From: an uncultured Candidatus Obscuribacterales bacterium
GTDB lineage: Bacteria; Cyanobacteriota; Vampirovibrionia; Obscuribacterales; Obscuribacteraceae
Reading direction: 5' to 3'
DNA: 35,372 nt
NCBI GenBank assembly: GCA_964607945.1
Contig: CAZSNX010000002.1
Location: 1 to 35,372 of the forward strand
The notes below the pieces were generated by a model. It saw only the letters and a list, made by a program, of their open reading frames with translations, did no database searches and had not been told where the DNA came from. Both the position numbers and the translations under genes were made by a program. How positions within the stretch are numbered: the stretch's first letter is position 1; the number at the start of each line of letters is the position of its first letter. Positions 1-9,786 of this stretch are shown here, piece by piece.

Positions 1-2429
1 CGGCCTTTCGCCTGCTCCTGCAGATTGCTTAGCTCCGCTTCTTGACCGACCAGGTTGGTAACCAAATCCGGTTGAAACAAACTGGCAATCTGGTTGGTTT
101 CGTAGTTGTTGCCGTTGGCAGTGGATGGGGCTGATTCCGGAGCCATGACCACGCTCATGTCATGTGTATAAGGAGGCGGGCTGTCAAGAAAAACTCCCAT
201 CGAAGAGGCCAGCGTCAAAGTATGGTGCTCGATCAGAAATTTGCCGGAGCGATCGACGAGCGCTCCGAATGGCAAGTTGAACAATACGCCGTCCGGAAGC
301 ACAACCACTGTTTGGTCGGGATTATCCGGCAGCACTGCGCGCACAGCTTCCGGCAAGAGCTCCTGGTAAAGCTGCTGCAAAGTGCGGCGCTCCACTTGCG
401 CATCCGGCTTGGTGGCTGAAAGCAAGGATGAAACCTGCGGTTGCAGCTCTGCCCGACCGACGGCGAGCTTAGTTGCACTAAGCCGGCCTGACTGATCGAT
501 TGTAAATACGATTGTCGAATGCGGCCCCACCAAGTAATCCAAGACTACTGCGTGGTTAGTCTGAATCCCCTTCACGATGTCTTGATAGCTGACCGTTACC
601 GGTGCAATCAATCGAGCCAGCGCTCGGTTTGTCGATGCAAGTTGTTTGAAGCGGACCAGCCAGTTTTGCCAATCCTTCAAGAGCTTATCGGGAGTTGTGT
701 TTGTTTCGGCAGCGTGCAAGTGAGCTCTTTGATTGACCAGGTCGTTAAAAATGTCCCGGTCGTAAGGCTTCACCTCACCACCCTGTCTCAACCAGTCATT
801 GATGAAGGATTCTTCTTTCAATTGTTCGGCGGTTAGCAGTGCCTGTTCTACCAAGCCCTGTGATACCAGTAGCGATACTAGTTGTTGTCCGAGGTCTTCG
901 CGCGGGGTTGGGAATCCTATCCGCTCCGGTGACGCGAACCAGCCAGCCTGTGGTGAGCGGAAGTAGGACAATGCGCTATTCAACGATTCTCTGGCTTGCT
1001 GCTGCTGTCCAAGCGACAACTGCAAAGTGGCCAGATTGGTATAGTCGCGCCAGAGGGCGGCGTCATCATTGATCTTTTCGCTGACCGTAATGCCTGCTCT
1101 CAAATACTTCTCAGCTTCGGGAGGGTCTTGAAGATTGAGGCTTACTTCGCCAATAGCCGCATAAACGCGACCTTCCGTCAGATTGTCTTTTCTTTTCTTT
1201 AAATAAGGGAAGCAAGCAAGCAAGTGCGCTTTGGCATTGCGATTATCATTGTTGCGTGACTCTGCCGCTGCCAGATTTTGAAGCATGACCATAGCGAAAA
1301 AGTCTTGCTTGGGCTGCACCATCGAGACCATCTCGAGCGCTTGGGTGATCAGCTGTGCACCTCTGGTGTAGTGTCCATCCAGCGTTTCGATGCAGCCATA
1401 AGTGTTAAGTACTTGTGCTTGCTCGATCGGCGTGCCTTTGGTTTTCAGAGATCTCAGCGCGACTTCCATTACCGCCTTGGCTGGAAGTAGGTCGCCGCTG
1501 CCAGCCAGTGTGTGGGCATAGCCTGCTTGCAGTCTGGCGATCGCCAGTTCGTTCGGCGACTTCAAATAGAGCAGCTCTTCATAGGTCTTGCGAGCGTTGG
1601 CATACTCACCCAAGTTGTATTGAGCGATTGCCAGAGCTGCCAGGGCTGCCGGCACCAAAGCCTTGTCTTTTGTCTGGCGGGCGAGCTCCAATCCTTTGTT
1701 AGCTTCTTCCTGCGAGGCTACCAGCCAGCCGAGCTCACGCATCATGCCCGATAGCGAGATGCGAGTTTTAACCGATTCGTCGATGTTGCCAGCCTGCTCA
1801 TAATAAGAGCAAGCACCTTGATAGAAACGGATCGCTTCCTTGATCTTCATCATTTTGACCAGGACGGTTCCGGAAATAGTCATCACTTTGGCTGCTTCGG
1901 CGGCGTCATTAGTGCCGAATTGCGTAAATGATTTCAAAGCTTGATCGAGCTGATTGGCTGCCCAGACAGGGTTGTCCATCATGAAGTAGGCTTGAGCCAG
2001 AGCTACTCTGGCTTTACCGAGCGATTTCTTGTCGCCGGATTCCGCAAGCATCTCGATTGCATTTTCGCCCAGTTCTTTTGCCTTGGTGGCTTGACCACGC
2101 TGCAAATAGAGTTCGCACATCAATGTCAGAGCGCGTCCCTGTCCGTCGGCATACTTCATTTCAAGCGACATGCCGTAAGCTTCTTGAGTCTTCACCAGAG
2201 CTTTGTCGACTTCACGCTTTTCCATGAGTTTTCTGGCATCGGCTTCGAGCTGAAGAACCTTATCTATGGTCTCCGGAGTTTGCGGAATCTCCGGCGCTGA
2301 TGGAATCGGAATCTGGGTTGCCGGTTGATCAGCCGCTAATGTGCTTATCGCCGTATTGCCGATTAAAAGCGCAAGCGAAAGACAAGCGATGCTCATTTTT
2401 CGAGGTGAGAACCAGATGTGACTCTTCAA
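1..2429 (-). CDS. TPR-repeat / CHAT-domain protein with N-terminal signal peptide; 3-prime end runs off the window start
   Basis: My own reverse-strand translation is open from 2429 (TTG preceded by GGAAGG at 7 nt; in-frame ATG at 2396) down to position 3. It is missing from the ORF track because it has no stop in the window. The N-terminus MKSHIWFSPRKMSIACLSLALLIGNTAISTLAAD looks like a signal peptide. It is followed by many TPR-like helical repeats (for example AQAYFMMDNPVWAANQLDQALKSF and IAQYNLGEYANARKTYEELL). The distal part (VVVLPDGVLFNLPFGALV) resembles the start of a CHAT domain. All plus-strand ORFs at 162-2300 are short and overlapping, as expected for antisense frames. Confidence 0.7.
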   Translation of the reverse strand, partial: MKSHIWFSPRKMSIACLSLALLIGNTAISTLAADQPATQIPIPSAPEIPQTPETIDKVLQLEADARKLMEKREVDKALVKTQEAYGMSLEMKYADGQGRALTLMCELYLQRGQATKAKELGENAIEMLAESGDKKSLGKARVALAQAYFMMDNPVWAANQLDQALKSFTQFGTNDAAEAAKVMTISGTVLVKMMKIKEAIRFYQGACSYYEQAGNIDESVKTRISLSGMMRELGWLVASQEEANKGLELARQTKDKALVPAALAALAIAQYNLGEYANARKTYEELLYLKSPNELAIARLQAGYAHTLAGSGDLLPAKAVMEVALRSLKTKGTPIEQAQVLNTYGCIETLDGHYTRGAQLITQALEMVSMVQPKQDFFAMVMLQNLAAAESRNNDNRNAKAHLLACFPYLKKRKDNLTEGRVYAAIGEVSLNLQDPPEAEKYLRAGITVSEKINDDAALWRDYTNLATLQLSLGQQQQARESLNSALSYFRSPQAGWFASPERIGFPTPREDLGQQLVSLLVSQGLVEQALLTAEQLKEESFINDWLRQGGEVKPYDRDIFNDLVNQRAHLHAAETNTTPDKLLKDWQNWLVRFKQLASTNRALARLIAPVTVSYQDIVKGIQTNHAVVLDYLVGPHSTIVFTIDQSGRLSATKLAVGRAELQPQVSSLLSATKPDAQVERRTLQQLYQELLPEAVRAVLPDNPDQTVVVLPDGVLFNLPFGALVDRSGKFLIEHHTLTLASSMGVFLDSPPPYTHDMSVVMAPESAPSTANGNNYETNQIASLFQPDLVTNLVGQEAELSNLQEQAKG

Positions 2430-2800
2430 AATAGGACCTTCCGTAGTGTCTGTGGAATCGGGTCGATCGTTCGTGCCGTGCGAATGCTTTGGCTCAGCAA
2501 ATCATTCGCTCTGGCTAACAACTTGATAACGGGATTGAAAGCGACCCGGGGGATACGACTTTTCGTCCACCAATTTTCTCTACTCAAGTGGCAGAGTTCA
2601 ACTAATATGGGCAAATTATAAGGTTGCTAAGGTCTTGGAGCCGATGCGGATCGTTGTCAATTGATGAGCCTGGAGCGCGATGAAGGCAATTAAGCAGCGA
2701 CAACTTAGACTTATTAAATAGAGACAGACCGAACAGGGATATAATTTCTGGAGCTGCTGAAGCTGAAAGCATGCTCAACCAAGCCGAAAGAGGAGGGTTC

Positions 2801-3277
2801 ATGACAACTTTTGTTAGCAAGACATTGCTTGCGTCGCTTACCATACTGGCGATTGCTTGCCCGGCTCCTAGCTGCGCCTCGGACACTACTTTGAGCGGTC
2901 ATGCCTCCAAGACGACCGCTAAGACCGGCGGTGTCAAGCAGTATCTTGCCGAGCATCCGAAAGTGCGTGGTGCCGCCGTTGGTGCTGGAGTGGGAACCGC
3001 CGCCGGAGCAGTGACCGGACTCTTGAGCGGTAAAGGTATTATGCGCGGCGCGGCGATCGGTGCCGGCGCTGGAGCGGGTGTCGGTGCTATCTCCGCCAGC
3101 AAGACGATGAAGAATCATCCGATTGTCAAAGACACTGCCGTTGGTACACTGGCTGGACTCGGGCTCGGGATGGCCGCCAGCAAGGGTCACGGGACGGCCA
3201 AGACTTCGGTCAAAGCCGCAGCCGTCGGCGGTGCGCTCGGTCTCGGTCTGGGCTACCTCAAAGACAAAGTAAAGTAG
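2801..3277 (+). CDS. glycine-zipper (YMGG / 17-kDa-antigen-like) secreted protein, possibly a lipoprotein
   Basis: ATG at 2801 is preceded by AGGAGG (2791-2796). The signal-like N-terminus is MTTFVSKTLLASLTILAIAC, with a weak lipobox. Gly/Ala zipper runs follow (GAAVGAGVGTAAGAVTG, GAAIGAGAGAGVGAI, GLGLGMAA, GGALGLGLG). Confidence 0.6.
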   Translation: MTTFVSKTLLASLTILAIACPAPSCASDTTLSGHASKTTAKTGGVKQYLAEHPKVRGAAVGAGVGTAAGAVTGLLSGKGIMRGAAIGAGAGAGVGAISASKTMKNHPIVKDTAVGTLAGLGLGMAASKGHGTAKTSVKAAAVGGALGLGLGYLKDKVK

Positions 3278-3281
3278 CAAG

Positions 3282-4946
3282 ATGAAAACTCGCGCCCAGT
3301 CTTTGCAGATTGCTTCTACCCGAGAGTTCGATCTGGCAGTGGTAGGCGGTGGCATCGCTGGAGCAGGAGTAGCTCAAGATGCCGCTTCTCGAGGCTTGTC
3401 CGTAATCGTCGTGGAAAAGGAGGATTTCGCCTCCGGCACCTCCAGCAAAACGACCAAGCTGATTCATGGCGGACTTAGATATCTCGAGCAATTCCATTTT
3501 AAACTAACCAGAGAGCTGTGCCACGAACGCGGATTGCTGGAGCAGCTCGCTCCGCATTTGGTTCGGGACTTCAGTTTCATCATGCCGCTGGTAAAGGGCA
3601 GCCCGTTTTTTTCCTTGAAGGCGGAAATTGGGCTGACTTTGTATGATCTGCTTTCCTGGTCCGTCTCTGGTGCTCGCCACCACCGTCGGCTGTCGCAAAA
3701 GGAAGTGCTTGATTCCGTGCCGGCTCTCAATCCACAAGTCTTTTCCGGTGGGTTGAGATTTCACGACTGTATTACAGATGATTCCCGCATGGTGCTGGAG
3801 GTAATCAAGTCAGCTTGCAGTGAAGGGGCGCTGGCTATCAATTACATGGAAGTCCAGGGCTTCGAGCAAGCGGAAGGCAAAGTGCGGGCAATTAAGTGTC
3901 GCGACAGATATTCCGGTCAAGAGTTGACGATTAGCGCGAAAGCATGTGTAAATGCCACCGGTGTCTGGTCTGATCAGCTCTATGAAATGCTGGAGCCGGC
4001 CTGGAAAAGTCATGTGCAGCCTTCCAAGGGAATTCACATCATTGTTCCGGCTTCGGCCTTCGAAACGAATACAGCGTTGTTTTTGCCTACGCGCGACGGA
4101 CGGTACGTGTTTGTGGTTCCCTGGCAGAGAGCGTTGATGGTAGGCACCACCGATCGACCTTATTCCGGTTCGCTTGAAAGACCGCTACCGGACAGAGATG
4201 AGATTGATTACTTGCTGTCTGTCATCAACGGATTTACTGACACGCACAGGCTGAATCGCAGTGACATCATCGGTTCATTTGCCGGCTTGAGACCGCTTGT
4301 CCAACCGGAAACAACCAGCTGCGACACTAACAGTCTTTCGCGCGAGCACGTTATTTTCGAAGGCCCGGGCGGAGTAATCGGGCTCAACGGCGGCAAGCTG
4401 ACCAATTATCGGCTGATGGCGGTGCAAGTGATGGAGCTTGTGGCGAAACAGCTTCCTGGTGTCGACTTGAAAGGGTCTCGCACCAAGAGAATGATGCTGG
4501 GCGGATTTAAGGACAAGGCTGATTTCCTCGCGCAAACCGCAGCAATTTCGGCCAAGGCTCGCCGGCTTTCAATCGAGCCTGCGACGCTCGATCATCTGAT
4601 TGCCAGCTACGGATCGGAAGCGGCATTGATTGTCGATATAGTGGAAGCCGACTCTACTTTGAATCAGAGGATTTGTCCTGATTTCCCGCCGATTTTGGCG
4701 GAGGTGCCGTTTTGTGTTACTAACGAGATGGCAGTATCACTGGAAGATCTGCTCATGCGCCGTCTCAGGCTGGGCATCCTTCACCAGCGGCAATGTCTGG
4801 ATGCGGCCCCGAAGGTCGCTGAGTTAATGAGCTTGGCGCTTGGTTGGGACAGTGCTCGCACATCATATGAATTGGCTGGACTCGAGCGCAGTCTAAGAGA
4901 TCATATGGACCTCGTCGGCGACTTGAGTCCGAGCCATCCGTCGTAG
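3282..4946 (+). CDS. glpD: FAD-dependent glycerol-3-phosphate dehydrogenase
   Basis: 554 aa. N-terminal FAD fold DLAVVGGGIAGAGVAQDAASRGLSVIVVEKEDFASGTSSKTTKLIHGGLRYLEQ is typical of GlpD/GlpA. The length is consistent with a C-terminal DAO_C domain. Confidence 0.85.
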   Translation: MKTRAQSLQIASTREFDLAVVGGGIAGAGVAQDAASRGLSVIVVEKEDFASGTSSKTTKLIHGGLRYLEQFHFKLTRELCHERGLLEQLAPHLVRDFSFIMPLVKGSPFFSLKAEIGLTLYDLLSWSVSGARHHRRLSQKEVLDSVPALNPQVFSGGLRFHDCITDDSRMVLEVIKSACSEGALAINYMEVQGFEQAEGKVRAIKCRDRYSGQELTISAKACVNATGVWSDQLYEMLEPAWKSHVQPSKGIHIIVPASAFETNTALFLPTRDGRYVFVVPWQRALMVGTTDRPYSGSLERPLPDRDEIDYLLSVINGFTDTHRLNRSDIIGSFAGLRPLVQPETTSCDTNSLSREHVIFEGPGGVIGLNGGKLTNYRLMAVQVMELVAKQLPGVDLKGSRTKRMMLGGFKDKADFLAQTAAISAKARRLSIEPATLDHLIASYGSEAALIVDIVEADSTLNQRICPDFPPILAEVPFCVTNEMAVSLEDLLMRRLRLGILHQRQCLDAAPKVAELMSLALGWDSARTSYELAGLERSLRDHMDLVGDLSPSHPS

Positions 4947-5019
4947 AAATGCTGCCGATTCTCAAAATTGAAAGGGTTTTGCGCTCGCGGCCTAAGTGTC
5001 GCTTATGGTGGCGAGCCTC

Positions 5020-5982
5020 TCATAAGGTCGCTTCTGTAATAGGACCCCGCTCTTTGAGCTGTTCGACCCACCACCGGTGAGTTAAGGTCAGTCCTTGGTC
5101 GAATTCTGTCTCTGCTTGCCAGCCTAACTTTGCAAGTGCTCTTGCCGGACTGCCGACGTATCTCATTACTTCCTGGGGTCTGTAGTTCAACTTGCCAAGC
5201 CCGAGCTCGCCCTTGTAATCACAGAGATCCGCGACTTTTTTGATGACATCTTTTATCTTAAACTCCTGACCTGAGCAGATGTTGAAGATCGAGCCGGCAA
5301 GCTCAGGATGATTCAGGCACTGAATCATGGCGGTTGTCAGGTCGTCGATGTAGACGAAATCACGGGTCTGTTCACCCGCTGTCAGCTCGGGCGATTGCCT
5401 GTTTAAGTAGGACTCGAAGAGATAAGGCAGCAATAGCTTTCGCTGACCCGGTCCAAACACAACCGTTGGCCTCAAGATAATTACCGGCAGTCCGAAACTT
5501 CGCCATGCCGACAGCAAGAACTGCGTGGCGGAAATCTTAGCGGCGGCATAGGTGGAAATTGCAGAGGTTGCTTGCTCTTCGTCGAAAGGCACCGGGCCGT
5601 TGCCATATTCCTCGGCCGTGCCGATGTGCACTACCAGTGGTGCGCCACATGCAAGCGCTGCGGAAGAAAGGTTAATCACCCCGCCCAGGGTTGACTCCGC
5701 TTGGGCCGTAATGCTCGCTGCCGATCGGTCTCCGCCGGCGCAGGCTGCCAGGTTGACGACTATCTCCGGTTGAAACTCGCTCAGCAGCTGCATCATTCGG
5801 TTCTTGTCGGTTACATCCAGCCGTTGCCAGAAAGTCTGTCCGGTATTGTCAGAGCTCTGGTCTCCGATGCCGCGAGTGGTGGCGCAAACTCTGGCGCCGC
5901 ACTTAGCCAGACGCCTGACCAGGTGCTGCCCGATGAAGCCACCAGCGCCGGTGACGAGCACTCTTTTGCCGGCTCCTGCCAT
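5020..5982 (-). CDS. NAD-dependent epimerase/dehydratase (extended SDR), sugar-nucleotide modifying
   Basis: Rossmann motif KRVLVTGAGGFIGQHLVRRL and catalytic YAAAK (YxxxK). I chose the start at M27 of the track ORF (ATG 5982-5980), which overlaps the rfbF stop in a TGATG arrangement. Confidence 0.75.
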   Translation of the reverse strand: MAGAGKRVLVTGAGGFIGQHLVRRLAKCGARVCATTRGIGDQSSDNTGQTFWQRLDVTDKNRMMQLLSEFQPEIVVNLAACAGGDRSAASITAQAESTLGGVINLSSAALACGAPLVVHIGTAEEYGNGPVPFDEEQATSAISTYAAAKISATQFLLSAWRSFGLPVIILRPTVVFGPGQRKLLLPYLFESYLNRQSPELTAGEQTRDFVYIDDLTTAMIQCLNHPELAGSIFNICSGQEFKIKDVIKKVADLCDYKGELGLGKLNYRPQEVMRYVGSPARALAKLGWQAETEFDQGLTLTHRWWVEQLKERGPITEATL

Positions 5983-6770
5983 CACCAGACAACCCAGGGG
6001 GCTTGTCCGGATTGCCAGAGTTGGGTCAACTGCACCAGGTCGCGCATGGTGTCTACGCATTGCCAGAAGCCTTTGTGGTCGAAGGCCATTAGCTCGCCAG
6101 CTTCAGCCACTTTGGGTAGAACATCTCGCTCGAAGTTGCAAGCAGGATCGCTTTTGGCAAACGAGAAAATTCGCGGATCGAAGACGAAAAATCCGCCATT
6201 GATCGAACCGGAGCTGACGTTCGGCTTTTCACTGAACTCTTCCACGAGCCCATTCTTGATGCACAGCTCTCCGAAACGCGAGGGCGGTGAGACACCGGTT
6301 ACGGTGCCAATTTTTCCATGCGAGCGGTGAAACTTTACCAGCTCGGTCAGATCGATGTCGGAGACTCCGTCTCCATATGTGAGCAGCACTAAATCGCAGT
6401 CTGAGGCATACCGCTCAACCTGCTTGATTCTGCTGCCGGTTTCATTGTTCAATCCGGTATTGGCAAGTGTGACAGACCAGCCGTATTCCTCGCGCTTGTC
6501 GTGACAGGTGATCTTTTCACGCTGTCCCAGAGTGATAGTAAAATCACCGGCTAAGTAGTCGAAGTCTAGAAAATAGCCCTTGATAATCTCGCCCTTGTAA
6601 CCCAAGCAGATCACAAAGTCGTCAAAGCCGTGATGAGCGTATATCTTCATGATATGCCAGAGGAGCGGTCTGCCGCCGACCTCCACCATCGGTTTTGGCC
6701 GATACTCAGTTTCTTCTCGAAGCCTCATGCCTTGTCCGCCGGCAAGTATGATCACCTTACTTTTTGACAT
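5982..6770 (-). CDS. rfbF: glucose-1-phosphate cytidylyltransferase
   Basis: 262 aa. KVIILAGGQGMRLREETEYRPKPMVEVGGRPLLWHIMKIYAHHGFDDFVICLGYKG closely follows the RfbF N-terminal signature. Confidence 0.85.
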   Translation of the reverse strand: MSKSKVIILAGGQGMRLREETEYRPKPMVEVGGRPLLWHIMKIYAHHGFDDFVICLGYKGEIIKGYFLDFDYLAGDFTITLGQREKITCHDKREEYGWSVTLANTGLNNETGSRIKQVERYASDCDLVLLTYGDGVSDIDLTELVKFHRSHGKIGTVTGVSPPSRFGELCIKNGLVEEFSEKPNVSSGSINGGFFVFDPRIFSFAKSDPACNFERDVLPKVAEAGELMAFDHKGFWQCVDTMRDLVQLTQLWQSGQAPWVVW

Positions 6771-7458
6771 TCTTGTAATTCCACATATTTCGAAGGAACT
6801 CTGAAAGTGTTTCTAGTCGAACATTCGATGAGCCGGCTTTGCGCCGTCTGAAAACTACTGGCACCTCTTTTACTGATAACCCTAAGCGCGCGGCCTGAAT
6901 CATTATCTCCGCGTCGATAAACCAGTCGGTAGCCGTCAATCTAAGCCGCTCGTAAGCCGTTCTTTTGAGGACTTTCGGCTTGCCGTTGATATCGTCGCTT
7001 ATCTGGCCGAACATAACCGAAAACATTGTGTTGAAAATAGTAGAGACGATCAAACGCTGTATCCCATCTTCGCGACTGGTGCGTTTCGCTTTCACCAGGT
7101 CGTATGACGATGACAGCGACTCTGCAAAAATCTTTGCTACGTCAGCGGACTCTATCTGTTCGTCTCCGTCTAAGATGCCTATGATTGGACCGCGTGCAGC
7201 CGACAGTCCGGCAAGCAGTCCGCCACCGTAGCCCTGATTCTTTTGCAAGGCTACCAGTGAGATTTCGCTGAACTCCTCAGATAAGCGACGAGCGATTTCC
7301 GGTGTGTTGTCTTCCGGACCGTTGAGCACAAGCACCAGCTCGAAAGGTCGGCCGGAGAGCTCTTTCTTGAAGGCAGCCATCAAGTTTCGAGTGAGCGGCT
7401 CGACGTTTTTTTCTTCGTTGTAAAGGGTGATTACTGCTGAAAATGCCGCATCTTGCAC
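6757..7458 (-). CDS. family 2 glycosyltransferase (Dpm1/GtrB-like polyprenol-phosphate glycosyltransferase type)
   Basis: 233 aa. FSAVITLYNEEKNVEPL, ELVLVLNGPEDNT and ILDGDEQ (DxD) are typical of a GT2 catalytic domain. It overlaps the rfbF start by 14 nt. Confidence 0.75.
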   Translation of the reverse strand: MQDAAFSAVITLYNEEKNVEPLTRNLMAAFKKELSGRPFELVLVLNGPEDNTPEIARRLSEEFSEISLVALQKNQGYGGGLLAGLSAARGPIIGILDGDEQIESADVAKIFAESLSSSYDLVKAKRTSREDGIQRLIVSTIFNTMFSVMFGQISDDINGKPKVLKRTAYERLRLTATDWFIDAEIMIQAARLGLSVKEVPVVFRRRKAGSSNVRLETLSEFLRNMWNYKNVKK

Positions 7459-7594
7459 GTTGTTGAAGCTCTTTCGTTGATTCCGTCAGCGCCTGAGGAC
7501 AAACATTCTCCACCTAATCTACAACTTAATGCCCAATTGACAGTGCAACAAATCAAATTTGCCATCCCCGGCAACCGAGCTCGGTGTCGACACT

Positions 7595-8686
7595 TTATCG
7601 GTCGCCCCTGCTGCCGGTCTCAATGCCTGTGACTGTCTCCTCGCTTACTTTTTTTGCCATGCCTGCCAGCGTCCGGCTGTCGAAACTAGAAAAGGCTGAC
7701 CAGCTGTTCTTGTTGTGCCAGCGGACAACCGGTGCGGGCAGATTGGCTTTCGCGAACCATTCCTTTAAGTATTCTTGCGAAATGTAATACGCCACCGGTG
7801 TCACCAGGTGATCGAAGACAATGTGATAAACCTCCAGGAAATCGAAATCAGCAATGTAAGACAGATATTCCTGGTAGTAAAGGTGCGGCAAGAAGCTGAA
7901 TTTACGAGTCAGGCGTTGCCAGGGACGAGCGACTAATTTGGCCCAAAGATAAACTGGGCTGGCCAGTGTTGCAGATAGGAGCAAGAGCGCTTTTGTCGGC
8001 AGTTTGGAAGTAATCGCCTCGCGAAAAGGATTGACGAGATAAATGAGCCACCAATTGTTCTCCTTGCCGTAAACCCACACGGCAATAGAACCGTCATGCT
8101 TGAGCTTACCGGCAATCGACAGGAAGCCATCCATCGGTTTGGCCAGGTGGTGCAGCACTCCGACCGAAAATGCGAAGTCGAAAATCGGCTCGAACGGCAG
8201 GTTGGCTATATCTGCTTGAATAACGTGAACGTTGTGCTCGTGGCCGACATGCCGATAAGCGATATCGACCGCTTCGCCGATGTCTACGGCAAAAATCGCT
8301 TTCGCTTTGCTTGCTCCGACGATGCGCGCATGGCGTCCTTTGCCGCAACCGCCTTCGAGAATCAATTTGTTCTGAAAGAATTCGGCATCAACCGGGAAGA
8401 TCCAATCCAGAAATTGTTGTCGATAACGTTCGTCCAGGCGAGGGAATACCTTCCACGCTATTGCGAAGTTACGTCCGGTATGTAGATCGGTCGAGCTGCT
8501 CAACTTCTCCAGCACCATTCGAGGAACACCGCGCACAATCGGGTATTCTTGCTCACAGGAAGTACACTTGAGCTTACCCGATATGATCTCCTGCTTTTGA
8601 ACAGCATGATATTCGTGTTCTGGACAAAGCGAGAGTGTCGACCGGCAATTGGTGCAAACAAGATAATCGACGAGCTGCACTTTCAT
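7595..8686 (-). CDS. class I SAM-dependent methyltransferase with N-terminal Trm112-like zinc ribbon
   Basis: N-terminal CTNC...CTSC with YPIVRGVPRMV (Trm112-like). Motif I is ILEGGCGKGRHA. A hydrophobic C-terminal half follows. Confidence 0.7.
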   Translation of the reverse strand: MKVQLVDYLVCTNCRSTLSLCPEHEYHAVQKQEIISGKLKCTSCEQEYPIVRGVPRMVLEKLSSSTDLHTGRNFAIAWKVFPRLDERYRQQFLDWIFPVDAEFFQNKLILEGGCGKGRHARIVGASKAKAIFAVDIGEAVDIAYRHVGHEHNVHVIQADIANLPFEPIFDFAFSVGVLHHLAKPMDGFLSIAGKLKHDGSIAVWVYGKENNWWLIYLVNPFREAITSKLPTKALLLLSATLASPVYLWAKLVARPWQRLTRKFSFLPHLYYQEYLSYIADFDFLEVYHIVFDHLVTPVAYYISQEYLKEWFAKANLPAPVVRWHNKNSWSAFSSFDSRTLAGMAKKVSEETVTGIETGSRGDR

Positions 8687-8748
8687 AACCTAGAATCATA
8701 GCTCAATAAAGCCCGACCCGCGCCTGCCGCACTGGACGATGTAAATTC

Positions 8749-9786
8749 ATGAAAGAAAGTAAGCAGTTTCAAGTTTTGCTGACAGGTCAGCTTCCGGCCG
8801 ATCTTTTGCAGAAGTTGTCTGCAAGAGCAAATTTGACCCATTTGCCGCCGGCAGATTCCGGTTCGACTCAGGCGCTTTTGGAGGCGATTGCCGAATGTGA
8901 TGCAGTTGTCTCCTTCTTAAGTGAAAGGTTTTCGGACGATGTCTTGGCCCGGACGCCCAGATTGAAGTTGATTGCCAATGTGGCAGTCGGCTATGACAAC
9001 ATCGATGTGGAGTCTGCCAGCCGACGAAACATTCTGGTCACAAATACACCGGGAGTATTGGACGAAACTACTGCTGATCTGGCATTTGGACTATTACTAT
9101 CCTGCGCGCGCAGGATAGTCGAGGCCGACTGCTTCGTACGAAACGGAAATTGGTCGGGCTGGTTGCCGGATTTGATGCTCGGTGTCGATGTTCAAGGCAA
9201 GACTCTGGGAATAGTAGGATTCGGAAGAATCGGTAAAGCGATGGCAAGGCGCGCGCTTGGTTTCGGCATGAAAGTGCAGTATGCCGTCAAGTCGGAAGAC
9301 AAGAGGGTGGAGCTATCCGAGTTTGCGAATTGCAAGAGAGTTGCACTGGAAGAGCTGCTTTCAACGTCTGATTTTGTCAGCTTGCATTGCCCGCTTGCAA
9401 AGGATACTTTCCACCTGATCGGCAAAGCAGAGCTGGCAAGGTTGAAGCCCGGTGCGATTCTTGTCAATACTTCCCGTGGTGCGGTGGTCGATCAGAATGC
9501 TTTGATTTCGGCATTGCAATCAGGGCAGCTGGGAGGGGCGGGGCTCGATGTGTTCGAAGACGAACCGATTGTTCCAGCCGGGCTGATAGAATGTGAAAAC
9601 GTTGTTCTGACGCCTCATATCGGCTCGGCTTCAGTCGAGACCCGGTATAAAATGGCGGCGCTAGCAGTCAACGGATTGCTGACCGCTATCACCGGACAGT
9701 TGCCATCAAATGCGGTGAATCCGGAAGTCTGGCCGAGATTTGTCGAGCGGACAGCGATTGCGGGGTGTGTTGATGGCGGTCAGTGA
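8749..9786 (+). CDS. D-isomer-specific 2-hydroxyacid dehydrogenase (glyoxylate/hydroxypyruvate reductase-like)
   Basis: NAD-binding motif GIVGFGRIGKAMARRA, plus NTSRGAVVD and TPHIGSAS, which are typical of the family. Confidence 0.8.
   Translation: MKESKQFQVLLTGQLPADLLQKLSARANLTHLPPADSGSTQALLEAIAECDAVVSFLSERFSDDVLARTPRLKLIANVAVGYDNIDVESASRRNILVTNTPGVLDETTADLAFGLLLSCARRIVEADCFVRNGNWSGWLPDLMLGVDVQGKTLGIVGFGRIGKAMARRALGFGMKVQYAVKSEDKRVELSEFANCKRVALEELLSTSDFVSLHCPLAKDTFHLIGKAELARLKPGAILVNTSRGAVVDQNALISALQSGQLGGAGLDVFEDEPIVPAGLIECENVVLTPHIGSASVETRYKMAALAVNGLLTAITGQLPSNAVNPEVWPRFVERTAIAGCVDGGQ

Noticed and set aside
1543-1550. GCGATCGC (cyanobacterial HIP1 palindrome), also at about 14713
   Set aside because: I found only two copies in 35 kb by eye. 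That is not enough to argue for HIP1-type enrichment or to support any taxonomic inference.
162-2300. Series of short plus-strand ORFs (85-119 aa) from the ORF track
   Set aside because: They overlap one another in different frames and have odd Cys/Arg/His-rich compositions. They lie antisense to a continuous, sensible TPR/CHAT reading frame on the minus strand.
2397-2800. Possible sigma70 promoter using TATAAT at 2740-2745 in the divergent gap
   Set aside because: I found no acceptable -35 hexamer at 16-19 nt spacing, so I did not list it as a feature.
2714-3355. 213-aa minus-strand ORF
   Set aside because: It is antisense to the glycine-zipper gene and to the glpD start. Its open frame is a by-product of GGN/GCN-rich codons on the other strand. 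It has no RBS and a low-complexity Arg/Ser/Gly product.
5701-6330. 209-aa plus-strand ORF (and 5804-6202)
   Set aside because: It is antisense to the well-supported rfbF and SDR genes.
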